From: Octopus bimaculoides
Lineage: Eukaryota
DNA: 64,000 nt
Reading direction: 5' to 3'
NCBI RefSeq assembly: GCF_001194135.2
Contig: NC_068981.1
Location: forward strand, 158,289,423 to 158,353,422
The position numbers and the translations under genes are program-made. Below, piece after piece: positions 13,150-26,411 of the stretch (within the stretch, counting starts at the first letter, position 1; the number at the start of each line of letters is the position of its first letter). The notes beneath the pieces were generated by a model. That model was not told the DNA's origin and made no database searches. It worked only from the letters and a program-made list of their open reading frames with translations.

Positions 13150-14455
13150 GAGGAATTTCAACCATGTTTCGTGGTCTGCTACCACAACAGCTCCTTTATA
13201 GGATCCAGTTAGCTGAAGACATCATCAGGAGGAACCACGTCCGGTTTCGGCCCCTACTCCTCTACCGTTTTGACGTGGCGGGGCCCCTCCTTTCGGAGGT
13301 GTCTTCAGCTCTGGTGTTGGGTGCATGTCTTCTTTCTTCTATTCCCTGGCCTCTTCAATGCAGCATCAACGAGTGTCAGCGTCCGACTGATCGTCGTGTC
13401 AAGTTCCCCTTTTTATATCTGCTGCTAGGCTCCAGCAGGCAGCCCCAGCTAGTTGTNNNNNNNNNNNNNNNNNNNNNNNNNNNNNNNNNNNNNNNNNNNN
13501 NNNNNNNNNNNNNNNNNNNNNNNNNNNNNNNNNNNNNNNNNNNNNNNNNNNNNNNNNNNNNNNNNNNNNNNNNNNNNNNNNNNNNNNNNNNNNNNNNNNN
13601 NNNNNNNNNNNNNNNNNNNNNNNNNNNNNNNNNNNNNNNNNNNNNNNNNNNNNNNNNNNNNNNNNNNNNNNNNNNNNNNNNNNNNNNNNNNNNNNNNNNN
13701 NNNNNNNNNNNNNNNNNNNNNNNNNNNNNNNNNNNNNNNNNNNNNNNNNNNNNNNNNNNNNNNNNNNNNNNNNNNNNNNNNNNNNNNNNNNNNNNNNNNN
13801 NNNNNNNNNNNNNNNNNNNNNNNNNNNNNNNNNNNNNNNNNNNNNNNNNNNNNNNNNNNNNNNNNNNNNNNNNNNNNNNNNNNNNNNNNNNNNNNNNNNN
13901 NNNNNNNNNNNNNNNNNNNNNNNNNNNNNNNNNNNNNNNNNNNNNNNNNNNNNNNNNNNNNNNNNNNNNNNNNNNNNNNNNNNNNNNNNNNNNNNNNNNN
14001 NNNNNNNNNNNNNNNNNNNNNNNNNNNNNNNNNNNNNNNNNNNNNNNNNNNNNNNNNNNNNNNNNNNNNNNNNNNNNNNNNNNNNNNNNNNNNNNNNNNN
14101 NNNNNNNNNNNNNNNNNNNNNNNNNNNNNNNNNNNNNNNNNGTATACCTTTCCAGTGCTAGTCTGCAGTTTGACAGAACGTGTCTCACCTTCGCTTTCTC
14201 CCCGCATCCACATTCATCGGTTGTTTTTATGTTCCATCGAACTAAGTTCGCCGGTGAGGGTAGAACGTCGAAGGTAGACTTGATCAGGAAGGCTGTTCTT
14301 GCTTGTTCCCAAGCCCAAAGTTCCTTCCATGAGATTCTGTGACTGACCACGTTTTCCTCCCATCTCAGGCACTGCCCCTGTTGACTGCATTGCACCAAAT
14401 GTACATTCCGCCTTTCTTCTTCCTCCTTTCTCACTTCGTGTACCACTGCCTCTTT
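13150..14455 (-). mobile_element. HERO-like (R2 group, restriction-like endonuclease) LINE, 5'-truncated, centre in gap
   Basis: EVRKEEEERR...QQGQCLRWE...ISWKELW...FLIKSTFDVLPSPANLVRW...CGC...HVLSNC..ALERY is the post-RT/zinc-knuckle region typical of HERO elements. A GC-richer 3' UTR lies at 13150-13456. Confidence 0.8.
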
Positions 14456-14645
14456 CAAATATTTTACCTGTTTTATATTAAAACTGACCAGATTCAACTT
14501 CTCACACTTACCCAACAATGTCATTCTAAAACTATACAAATGCACCATTGAAATTTTGAAACTACAAAATAATGTGATTAATTCAAAGCGATGTGAATAA
14601 ATTAGCAATACATTTGACAAAGAAATTCGAATGCTAAAGGATTGA
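14455..14645. mobile_element. Partial copy of the same piggyBac-like MITE
   Basis: Reverse-complement similarity to 50777-50998, ending ...gaatgctaaaggattga. Confidence 0.7.
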
Positions 14646-16789
14646 GGCTGAAAGTGGTCCATGAGCCTGTTGTTGACACTCTTTTCTGATCATTGTTATT
14701 TGAAACAACACCCAACACTTGTTTAACTGTAGAAAAGTTGTTTGTATAACAGTGCTTTTGTTGCATTTGCACAAGTTCACCACGTAGGATATGGCGTTCT
14801 TTTCACAATGGACAAATGAGCTGCATTAAATAATACAGTAAAGGTGGTGGTGGTGGTGGTAGTGGCAGCAGTGGCATTTTACATGCATAGTCTTATTAAG
14901 TGATAGTTTTCATTCACTTATAAGTGTAGATTCATGTAGTTGTCATAATATAGAATCTGAAAACTAGATGACAGACAGACCTGGATTAACAAGGACATGT
15001 CAATGATGAGGCCATGAATGGGAACAAAAGGGCTCTGATGAACCTGCTAATTGATTGATTCATCGAACAATTGATTGGTTAATTGGTTTACTAATTAATT
15101 AATGATAAAAATAATCAAATAGAACTTGTGTGTATGTTTCTTATAATGACCCTTCCAAGATGCAACAAAATAATTTCATCTCTATTATTAAATGTTCTAA
15201 AAATTTTACACTATGCAAAAACTGAGTTTGAAATACTGGACATACAATGTATTTATATAATTAAATGAGCCATTTTGATTAGCAAACTAAACCCAAGTAT
15301 TTATTCTCATGGAACTTTTTGAACTTGAAAGCATTTGAGTCTATAATTATTTACACTTTTTTGTGGGTACAACTAAAAACATCTAGATGCACTTTTTTTT
15401 TTTACATTGAGTGAAACCTAGCTTTTTTTATCAATTTACAATTACTTTTATGGACCCAACTGCATATTTAACTACACCTGATCAGTGTAATTAGATCAGG
15501 TATCACAGAGGAAGTGCCATTATACAAGCCAATCAGTAGTGGTTTGCTAGTTGTATTCTCCTGAAAAGTTGAATTATGATTATTTTTATGGATTCAACTG
15601 CATATTTAAAGGACCTGTATAGATTAATTCATAAGTGGTGTCAAATAGCAGGGCAAGATGAGAAGATTTGAGAGAAACCATGTGCGAAGGAGTTCTTTAT
15701 ATGATCTACAGCTGGAAGTGGTCAAATAAGTGACTAGCTTCACCACAAGAGAATCGAAATAGCAGCAAAGGACGATAGAAACACATGAGAATTATGTCAA
15801 GTATTTAAAGAGTTCCATTATTATATCACCCAAAGTTTGACCCACATTGAGGCCTTTAGAATGTAAACTCTGGTAGAGGTTAGCTCAGATGTGGTACAGT
15901 ATGTTAGAAATCTGCTCTTAACCATAGTAAGGCTCCCACTGACAGTTTGAACTGACAATTTGAAATGAAATGACCTTTATTAATGAACAGGTGGTAACTG
16001 CCAACACTCCTGATATACCAAATACCTATATTTCCTCCTATCTGGCAATTATGTTGACATTAACAATTTTTATGGTAATGCATTAAGTCAAAAATTACTC
16101 AGTGGCAAATTTGAATAGTTGGATCCTATTTCTAAAGCTCGTGATTCTATTTCAAGCCAAATCAAAAACACAATGCTTGAATGCTACAATATTACATAGA
16201 CTCATATAACACATTGTTATTTAAGCTATTAAAATTTTAAATAATTTCTGATGATACACAACTTTAATGTACTATTTTTGCTTTGTTCTACCGCTGTTGA
16301 CATTGTTGATAGTAATGAATAATTATGATTTTGAAAATTAATAAGATCTAAAACATGTGTATATCTATAAACGTGTCTAACTTATGTATCTAGGTGATGT
16401 ATAAGTCTAAGAAGAAAATTTTAGCACTGGAAAACTTCAGTGTGCACAATGCAGATACCATTTTTCTATGTTGTTACTATATCTGCATCAATCTATGCAG
16501 TGTTACATATAATTATCCATATGCAAATAGATCAGAGTGGACAGACCTATTGTATTCACTGATTGACTTCAGTATCTGTTGACTGTTGTTGTGAAGGCCA
16601 CTAAGACTGGAAGCTACAAGCATGTAAGGGAGACTGGTAGTATCTGATCTCAGTTCAATTCTTGATACAAGCTTTCCGTAATGATCACCTTTGGTAACAA
16701 TGTTGCCTTCAATCACATATTCTTATGAATGTCTTTCATAGGGGCAGGTACAAGATAGAGGTGGTTAGTGAAAGAAATGACATGAGATA

Positions 16790-16946
16790 GGTGCAGGAGT
16801 GGCTGTGTGGTAAGTAGCTTGCTTACCAACCACATGGTTCTGGGTTCAGTCCCACTGTGTGGCACCGTGTCTTCTACTATAGCCTTGGGCTGAGCAAAGC
16901 CTTGTAAGTGGATTTGATAGACGGAAACTGAAAGAAGCCTGTCGTA

Positions 16947-16992
<46 letters not shown>

Positions 16993-17169
16993 TTTATGTA
17001 TATATTAATATTATCTCAGTTATTAAAACTTTCGATAATTTAAATACATTAATAGTTACCAGAGGTAGCAAAATTACACTAAAAAACAAGATATCACAGC
17101 TGTTTTACAGGTAGAGATACAAAGTTAAAGTGATACATTTTGAGAAGATATCTTCTCAAAATGTATCAC

Positions 17170-17204
<35 letters not shown>

Positions 17205-17219
17205 ATATNNNNNNNNNNA

Positions 17220-17254
<35 letters not shown>

Positions 17255-17472
17255 ATATGTTTGTGTGTCTGTGTTTGCCCCCCCCCCCAGCTTTGCTTGA
17301 CAACTGATGCTGGTGTGTTTACGTCCCCGAAACTTAGCGGTTCGGCAAAAGAGACCGATAAAATAAGTACTAGGCTTACAAAGAATAAGTCCTGAGGTCG
17401 ATTTGCTCGACTAAAGGCGGTGCTCCAGCATGGCTGCAGTCAAATGACTGAAACACGTAAAAGAGTAAAAGA
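16790..17472 (+). mobile_element. tRNA-derived SINE family A (internal microsatellite), full length with a nested insert
   Basis: Head GGTGCAGGAGTGGCTGTGTGGTAAG...GGGTTCAGTCCC (A/B boxes), central (TA)n/(TG)n, tail ...CAGTCAAATGACTGAAACA. Partial copies at 1-80, 5620-5775, 11350-11520, 23235-23340, 30455-30620, 34880-35000, 37310-37485, 39535-39700 and 46740-46820. Confidence 0.85.
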
Positions 17473-18074
17473 TATAAGTTATTTAGGAAGAAAGAGGTTG
17501 ATGTATAGTTTGCAGAAATGGTATTAGGAAACAATGCTACCTAAGCCAACCACCTAATTGAGATATGTAGCCAACATCTTTTTAACCTGGTCTCATCTGG
17601 AAGAAGCACATGTACTGCTGGATCATGAGACTTCAGAAAGATCTTCAAAACGATTCACACCTGAGAAGGAAGATGTTCTGAATGTTCTAAGAACTAAACT
17701 TACTTGCTCATTCCAGGAGCAGAGATACAAGGAATCAAGAACGTTAGAAACCTGCTGTGATCTGTTTAATATTAAAGGCATGTTGGAAAAAATTCAGATC
17801 TGTGATCCATGCACCATCATGATAATTTCAAAAACAGGTCTGCTTTTAGGGACTTCTCTCCTGAACAGATCCTCCTTCAGAAGAGATTATAATAAAGAAA
17901 TGCAGACATTCCATCTATTCAGCTGTGGCAGTGAATACAAAGATGATACTATCTGTTTCCAAACAGTAAGGCTAGAGGGACTCCAAAAAGCCGCAATCTG
18001 TGGTGAGATAGTAAAATCAAGTATGGCTGATAATTTGTGGAACTACAGTCCTCGGACACAGAAGGTAGCTGGAA

Positions 18075-20670
18075 ATTCTTACGGTACAGCTTACTGAGTG
18101 CCACACACCAAGTCTGCACACCAAAGTCCCTTCCAGACCTAGAGTAATGTGGTGGTAGAATAATATGGTAGACAAAGCCATCAGAGCAAAGAAACAGGCC
18201 TGGAAAGCCTGGAAGTGTTGGGGTAGCAGGGAACTGTACCAGATAGCCAAAAGGGAGGCTGGGCGACAGGTATACATAGCCAAGGGTGAAGCAGAAAAGA
18301 AGTTTGCTAATGTCCAGCGACATGAGGACCAAAGAACTGAAGTACTTCGGATCATAAGACAGTGTGTGAGAGAAAATTGTGATGTCACAGGAGAGAAATG
18401 TGTCCGCATGGATGATGGTGCACTTACTTTTAATGATTCGGAAAAGAAAGAGGCTCGAAGAAGCCATTATGAAAGGCTGCTGAATGTGGAGAATGAATGG
18501 GAGAAGGAGAGCCTGCCAAATGTTGATCCTGTAGAGGGACCAACTATCCAAATAGACAACACCCTAGTAGATAAAGTAATTAAGGATATGAAGCCAGGAA
18601 AAGCCCCCGGCCTATCAGGAATAACCGCTGAGATACTTAAAATATCTGGTGGTGTGGGCTATGGCCTAGTCACCCGTATTGTAAACCAGATGGTTCATGA
18701 TACAGTCATACCCAATGACTGGTGTAGCAGCACCATAGTCAACTGCTACAAAGGTAAAAGTGATGCTTTAGATAGAAATAACTACAGGGGTATCAAACTG
18801 CTGGATCAGGTGATGAAGGTCACGGAGAGTGTCACAGCCCAACTAATTAGGGAGAGAGTCTGCTTAGATGAGATGCAGTTCGGTTTTGTGCCAGGTAGAA
18901 GTACCACTGATGCTATATTCCTGGTATGGCAACTGCAGGTGAAATATCTAACCAAAGATAAACTTTTGTACTTGGCTTTTGTTGACTTGGAGAAAGCCTT
19001 TGACAGGGTCCCCAGATCCCTTGTCTAGTGGGTGATGCAGAAACTGGGGATCGACAAGTGGTTAATAAGGGCTGTGCAGGCCCTATACAGTGACACCTTT
19101 AGTAGGGTTAGGATTGGAAATGAGTATAGTGAAGAATTCTGGGTAGAAGTAGGAGTCCACCAAGGTTCAGCCCTCAGCCCCCTCTTTTTCATTATAGTCC
19201 TCCAGGCAAATAACAGAGGAATTCAAGACAGGTTGCTCTTGGGAACTCTTCTATGCTGATGACTTGGCCCTCATAGCAGAAGCACTTCTAGAACTAGAGA
19301 AGACACTTCAAGTGTGGAAGCAAGGTTTAGAATCGAAGGGCCTTAGAGTCAATATTGCTAAGACCAAAGTTCTAGTAAGTAGGAAGGCAAATATATCACA
19401 CACCCCTTCAGGTAGGTGGCCCTGCTCGATCTGTAGAAAAGGTGTAGGTAGAAATTCCATAAGATGTACCCAGTGTAAGCTATGGACACATAAGAGGTGC
19501 AGCAACATCAAAGGAAGATTAACCAGGAAGATTGCTTTCACATGCAGCGGATGCACAGGGGCAATAAACACTACAGACGCTCAGAAAACAGACTTCATCA
19601 CATGCCAGGGGGAGAAACTAGAAGTAGTTGATAGCTTCCACTACCTAGGTGACCAAGTCTGTAGTGGGGGTGGATGTTCGAAGAGTGTTGCCACTAGAAT
19701 AAGAATAGCCTGGGCAAAGTTCAGAAAGCTTCTACCCCTACTGGTGACAAAGGGCCTCTCGCTCAGAGTGAAAAGTAGATTGTATGATGCATGTGTGCGA
19801 ACTGCCATGCTTCATGACAGTGAAACATGGGCCATGACTACTGAAGACATGTAGGCTCAAAAGAAATGAAGCTAGCATGATCCGTTGGATGCATACATGA
19901 CAGAGTGTAAGCGCCCTGAGAGAAATGTTGGACACAAGAAGCATTGGATGTGGTGTGCAAGAGAGACGTTTGTGCTGGTATGGTCATGTGTTGCGGATGG
20001 ATGAGGAGAGCTGTGTGAAGGGCCACTCCCAAACAGTGGAAGGAATCCAGGGTAGAGAGAGACCCAGGAAGACATGGGATGAGGTGGTGAAGCATGACCT
20101 TCGAATGTTGGGCCTCACAGAGGCAATGACAAAAGACTGAGACCTCTGGAGGTATGCTGTGACTGAGAAGACCCGGAAAATAAAGTGAGTCCACAGCTGT
20201 AACCTACACCAGTGCTGCATAACTAGCCCACTCAAAAGTACCTTGGATCGAAGGGTGACATGCCGTGCTTGAGGAGACCTATTGAGTCAAGTACATCAAC
20301 ATTAACAACAATATCAAAATCAAATCAAATGGAAATTGTAGTTGTGAGAGCCCCATGTCGGTAGCACGTTAAAAACGCCATCTGAACGTGGCCAATGCCA
20401 GTGCCACTTTGACTTGCTTCTATGCCAGTGGCATGTAAAAAGCACCATCCGATCATGGTCAATGCCAGCTCCTCTGGCCCCTGTGCCAGTAGCATGTAAA
20501 AAGCACCCACTACACTCTCGGAGTGGTTGGTGTTAGAAAAGGCATCCAGCTGTAGAAACACTGCCAGGTCAGATTGGGGCCTGGTGCAGCCTCCTGGCTT
20601 CCCAGACCCCAGTCGAAGTACCCAACCCATGCCAGCATGGAAAACAGACGTTAAATGAAGATGATGATGA
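18075..20670 (+). mobile_element. RTE LINE family 1, 5'-truncated decayed copy with RT
   Basis: ORFs 18165-19028, 19032-19259, 19264-19854 and 19925-20140 give KAPG, QFGF.PGRSTTDAIF, FVDLEKAFDRV, GVHQGS.LSP, YADD (frameshifted) and F.YLGD. A 3' UTR and (GAT)n tail follow. Confidence 0.95.
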
Positions 20671-21652
20671 AATGGACATTGCCAACTGTTATGGGACAAA
20701 GTCATGATAGGAAACAACTGAAGTACTCAGTACACATTCTGAGTTCTGATAACCCTCTTAGTTGGTCTAGAATGGAGACAAACACCACATGGAAGCCTAA
20801 CAGAGAATATTAAACCCACAACTCCAAAGATGTATAATTTTAGGTTTAAAGTTCCTAATTTTCATCACTATAGAAAATTGTCCTACAGAACATTGGTTAA
20901 GTTCTAAATGTTTAACTAGTGGGTGTGAGTTCAATACCTGAGTCAGTCAGATAATACTAACCACTAGGAAAATATTAACAAATATAGCATGCACTTGAAG
21001 GAAGTCAGGGGTATGATACAACCAAGATGAAAGCACTAGTCTGAACATGTCAGTGCATTATAATAGTATAGCAAGGGAAACTAGATGAACAGATGTATGA
21101 ATTCATAAAAGATATGAGTCAACATTATTAATCTAACAATATACATAAAAACATATATATGCAGATTATATATGAAATTGATTTATTTGTGAGTCTCTGC
21201 TCACCTACCTTTATTTTACATGGTTCAGTTCTTCTGAGAGAACTAAATGAAAAACAGGTTCCATTCCCATATGGTGCCCGAACTGGTTTATTTGAGTTAA
21301 ATGTTTGGCCATGAACACAATACAGCTACTATATATTCTTATTCATCAAACTTGTCACCATATCTGATTACTTATAATATATACTAGAGTGTTACCTGTC
21401 ATATGACATATGTTGAAAATCTGCTGAGGCCACTGAGAGTAATATCATCATCGATAATATTCATATGCTAACTTTTGTTTTTTTATGTATGTATGTTCGT
21501 ACTTGTGTGTATCACACTTACTTTAAAGGAAGAGGTAAAAAGGTTGAAGGGAGAGGTACAAAGAAAAAGAGAAATAAAAGGTGTTAAGCAGAGGAGGTAT
21601 AGTTGGAATGAGTGGCAAAGTGGGAGAGAGGAGGGACAGAGTGGAAGTGAGA

Positions 21653-21691
<39 letters not shown>

Positions 21692-21695
<4 letters not shown>

Positions 21696-21965
21696 TGGTG
21701 ACTGAAAGGAAGGTGGCATTCCTTTTTCTGTTTTTAAATGTTTATCAGTATTTTCAGAGTAGACTGATGCATACACTGAAAGAAAAGTAGATACATACGT
21801 ACATACATACAGTGTTAAATTAAAAGTGGGAAAGAGGAAGTGAGACAGAAAGAGAGACGGTGAGTGGTAACTGAAAGGAAGGTAGCGTTCATGTTCTGTT
21901 TCTTAATGTTTATCAGTATTTCCAGAGTAGATTGATACATACATTGAAAAAAAAGTAGATACATA
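21692..21965 (+). repeat. Local direct duplication of about 110 bp
   Basis: gagtggtRactgaaaggaaggt...aatgtttatcagtatt...aaagtagatacata at about 21692-21800 and 21862-21965. Confidence 0.85.
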
Positions 21966-23032
21966 GATATAGAGGCACTTTGTTAAATCAAAGACAAATA
22001 ACTACAACAAATATTGGATGTCACTTTCACTTTTCATTACCACACAAGGATAAAATTAACATGCAAGTGGCTGAGTACTCCACAGACATGCATACCATTA
22101 ACGTAGTTCTCAGGGAAATTCAGCCTCACACAGAATGTGACAAAGCTGGTCCCTTTGAATTACAGCTACAACTCCTTTTGGCCAGCTGAGTGGACTGGAG
22201 CAAGATAAACCTTCAAGTTGTTGGAAGAAAAAGAATAAAGATCCTATATTGGGGCAGGAAAATCCTTTTAGTTGTTAGGGTCACTATGGGTGTTAAACTG
22301 ATCATAACAGTGGCATTCATGAGTCTTACAGATCTGGAGGCCAAGTTCCTAGATAAACACCAATGCGCAGGCTATTATTATCAAACTGAGCATGAGTTGA
22401 GGGTGAAGTCACTACATGACGGAATAGCAACTATATCACTGCTTATACAAAACACAACATTTTTGCCGTTTGATATGGAACAATTCCTTTTCTTTCACTC
22501 TTTTTAAAAAATGGCTCTCCATCTCTCACAACAATGAGGTTCCTGTTTATCTGATCAATGGAACAGTCTGCTCGTAAAATTAATGCACAAGTGACTGAAT
22601 ACTCCATAGACATGCATACCATTAATGTAGTTCTCAAGGAGATTCAGCCTCACACAGAATGTGACAAGGTTGGCCCCTTTGAATTACAACTACAACTCAT
22701 TTTTGCCAGCTGAGTGAACTGCAGCAAGGTGAAATAGAGTGCCTTGTGCAAGAACACAGCACGTCATCAGGAATCATACTCATGATTTTATGATCATGGG
22801 CTGAATACCCCTAACCACTGAGCCATGTACCTTTACTCTCTTAACCATTGAGAAAAGGAGTCAAGTGATAGAGACAGGGAAAGGAAAACCTCAGTCATTT
22901 AAGATGACAATTAGACTGAATTACGATTGATCTTTTCTAGCTTCTTTACTTTTAACAATGAAGAAGTGGGAAAGAGATTTAGTAATGAATAGAGGGAAAA
23001 TCTTCCATGTTTCTTTATCAGGCATGTTTAAC

Positions 23033-23115
23033 GTTTTCTCTACAAACTACAAACAAGCCCCACTCCCTTCCTTGTTTTCTCTACAAACTACAAACAAGCC
23101 CCACTCCCTTCCTTG
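23033..23115 (+). repeat. Perfect 41-bp tandem duplication
   Basis: gttttctctacaaactacaaacaagccccactcccttcctt occurs twice. Confidence 0.95.
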
Positions 23116-23729
23116 CAAATTTCAAACTGGGTATAGCTGTGAAAAGAGCTCAGAAAAATGGGTAATATCCACAACAGTATGGGTGGAGCAGAAAAGTTGG
23201 CAACAAGTGGCTACATGAAATTAAACTCTATAGAGTGTCTTCTACTATAGCCTCAGACCGACCAAAGCCTTGTGAGTGGATTTGGTAGATGGAAACTGAA
23301 AGAAGCCCATTGTATATATGTGTGTGTCTGTGTTTTCATCCCCATAACTTAGCGGTTTGGCTAGATGCCCTTCTTAATACCAACCATTTAACAGAATGTG
23401 CTGAGTACTTTTTACATGCCACTGGCACAAGTGCATTTATGTGGCACCAGCATGGGTGCCTTTTAAGTCACACTGGCATCTGAAGGACAAGCCTGTATGT
23501 GTGGAAGACAGTGATTTTACTTAGCTTGATGCATCTTATCAAGTACAGCAAATCACCACATCTCCTGGTCCTTTGTCATTTCCTCAATGCTCAATGTGTT
23601 GGACTTAGAATTGTGAAGTTGTGAGTTTGACTCTTGTACTGAACAGCACATTTAATCCCTGATTTTTTTTACTTACTGAGTCTGGAAGAAGAGGCAGGAC
23701 ACATGACTCATGCAGGCCCTCTGAGATTG

Positions 23730-24180
23730 GAGAATTAATGCTATTAATGTTTCATTTGAGCTGTTGCAAGTCAATACCACTGGAAAAACGTGAATGGGGA
23801 GGAGATTCTAGAAGACTGGTGATCTTGGGAAGAAGGAGGGGACCTAATGGTTAATGTGGGGAAAGTGGGATTGGACACACCCAAGGGTAATGAGAGATGT
23901 GTGAGTTGAGGGTACCTGAGTGGAGGAGGTATGAAGCAAGCCAACTCCAAGAAGTATATGCCATTATAGTAACAATAGAAACGACAGAGAGAGGAGACAG
24001 TATGTCTGTAAAACAAAGGCTGGAGTGTTTCCTATGGTGATGAAGTACCAATCAGCAGTGTGGCCCTTCTCTGGATACAATCCAGGATGTGTAAGCAGTA
24101 CTCTGTTGTTGGCATCACTTTACCCTTGTGAAGTGTCAACATCTGTTGGGAGCTGGAATATCTTCTGGTCCTAAAGAGGT
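23730..24180 (-). mobile_element. CR1-group (L2/Crack-like) LINE 3' fragment, decayed
   Basis: Minus-strand remnants LTLHK...P..EYC.HI, LDCIQRRA..LIG and LQPLFYRHTVSSLCRFYCYYNG. Confidence 0.6.
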
Positions 24181-24679
24181 CTGAAAATAAATGTCAGCAG
24201 CAGTAGTTAAGAGTTAACCTTGTGATTGACTGGTGTTCCATTCAGAAAGGAGTTTTGTGATCGCAATTAACTGCCTAAGAAGCTGAGATAAGCTCAATCA
24301 AATGAATCAGTAGGCTCCAGACAGACTTTAATTATACAAAATTAAGAAATGAAGGCCAATTTTCAAAATAAAAATGTTTATTAATTAAAAATAAAATAGA
24401 ATATTACAAACTTCTTATTTATATTTTTGCAACAGTGAATGAGGAGAAATAATTTGGTGGTACAAAAGGGTGATTGATGTAAAATGTGAGTGGAGAGGAT
24501 TGCAGTAAAATGAAAGCTGGATATTTAGTGAAATAGTTCCAGATAGTGAGAAAGGTAAGTGCCATCAGGGAAAAAACGATGAAGAGTGCAATTCTACTCA
24601 CAATTTCAGAACCAGGACACTGAGGCTTGAGATATTATATATAGTGTGGATAGTTTCAGGAGGAAAGAGGGTAAGGGGT

Positions 24680-25450
24680 CCAGTTGTGCTTATATATACT
24701 CATTGTGCTTCCACAATGGCCAGGTCTTCTGGAGCACCACATATCGCCAGTCATTCTAGTCCTTTGTCCTCTCCTCCATGAGGTTCAAAGTCCTGAGTTC
24801 AATCTTCACCACTTCATCTTATGTCTTCCTGAGTTTCCCTCTTCTGTAAGTTTTATCCATGTCATGTGATTAGTGCTTCTTAATGCAGTTGTCCTTGTCC
24901 ATATGCATTACTTGTCCTTACCAGCACAGCTTTCTTGCACACTACATCTGATCCATTTTATGACTACTTTTTCTTATGTTATTTATGTAAAATTACATTG
25001 CACATCCAATAGAACATGCTAGCTTAATTTCTTTCCAGTCTTCTCAAGCCCTCTACATTCACAGCCCATGTTTCATTTTCATGCAGCATCATAGTTCTAA
25101 TATGAATGTCCTACAATCTGCTCTTCCATCTGAAGGAAAAGACCTTTGTTGCCAGCAGTGGTAGTAGCTCCTGAACTTTTTCAACCCATTCTTATTCTAG
25201 CTACTGTACTTTCAGAGCAACCACCTTCCTGTTAATTTTATTTCCTAGATAACATAAGCTATCAACTATTTCTAGTGAACCATCAGGACATTTAAAAGAA
25301 TCTATTTCCGGTGTATAGTACATGGTGCTCCAGCACATCTGTCACATATGAGGCTTAATTTTTCTGACAGTCTACCTGTGATGCCACAATAGATTTTGTG
25401 TGTCCATAGTTTACATTGAGTAGTGTACAGAGTTTACATCAACTCCTTTT
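24680..25450 (-). mobile_element. Highly decayed RTE family 1 fragment
   Basis: Reverse-complement similarity to the C-terminal part of the 18-20 kb copy (e.g. gcaccacatatcgcc, caactattttctagt). Confidence 0.65.
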
Positions 25451-26411
25451 CTACATACTGAGAATGGCCATTCTTCTAAAGAACAAAAAAAGTACTGAGG
25501 TCAATTCATTTGACTAAAAATTCTTTAAGGCAGTGCTCCTGCACGGTTGCAGTCTAATGACTGAAACAAGTTAAAAATAAAAGGTATGCATAATCTTATA
25601 TCAAATCTGTTGAGCAGATCATTTCTAGCAGTATTAACAGTAACAAAATCCATGTTAGCTAGTATGTCTTATCAAAAGCCACCAAATAACCTTGTTTGTA
25701 ATACCCAGTCACATAAGTGACTGGGTATTAAAATGAATATTGATGCTTGACGACATAGCTTAATTGAAAATGTTTCATCAAAGAATATTTAGAAATGAAA
25801 GTATTCAATAATGTGAGTCACTATTGGAAAGAAGTGTTTAATTATGAAAGTATTGTTCAACACTGTACCATCTTTTTACAACTATAAAATGGGACATTAC
25901 TTAGACCTTTTTAAACTTAACATTATTTCCCGCCTAATTCAGTTGTTCTCTCTCCACATAACTATCAGATTATGAAGCAAATGGCTCAGTGGGCACTATA
26001 TAGACAACATTCACTACGTCAAAAGTGACCTAGATTACTGTCAATATCTATTTCAATGTTTGAATGAATATGTTCTCATTTGTATGGGTGTATCCATGCA
26101 TTTGATTTCTTTTTTCTATATGTATTGTATACCTATGTGTATTATGAACAAAAATATAGTGATAAATCTGTCAGTATACATATATATATATATATATATA
26201 TCAATCATCATTTAATATCCACTTTCCATGCTGGCATGAGTTGGATGGTTTGATGGGAGTTGGCTAGGCAGACGACTGCACTATGCTTTGCTGTCTGTTT
26301 TGATAGGGATTTTATAGCCGGATGCCCCGTCTTAGTACCAACCACTCCACAGAGTGGACTGAGTGAGTTTTATCACAACAAACCATAGGTAATTACTATT
26401 ATTATTATTAT

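Noticed and set aside
13211-13256. Hammerhead ribozyme core-like motifs (GAAAC...CTGATGA) in the HERO 3' UTR, minus strand
   Set aside because: Only 4 nt lie between the putative cleavage site and CUGAUGA, so stem I cannot form, and the stem II closing pair is a U-C mismatch. An RNAMotif/Infernal search would settle it.
14510-14570. Minus-strand exon with a strong GG|GTAAGT donor
   Set aside because: It lies within a piggyBac-like MITE copy, and the peptide is unrecognisable.
17558-18097. 179-aa ORF as a novel gene
   Set aside because: Pieces in shifting frames resemble an RTE C-terminus (e.g. LEGLQKAAICGE is like RLPKAILYGE). It is probably a decayed LINE with a chance open frame, and there is no splice or start support.
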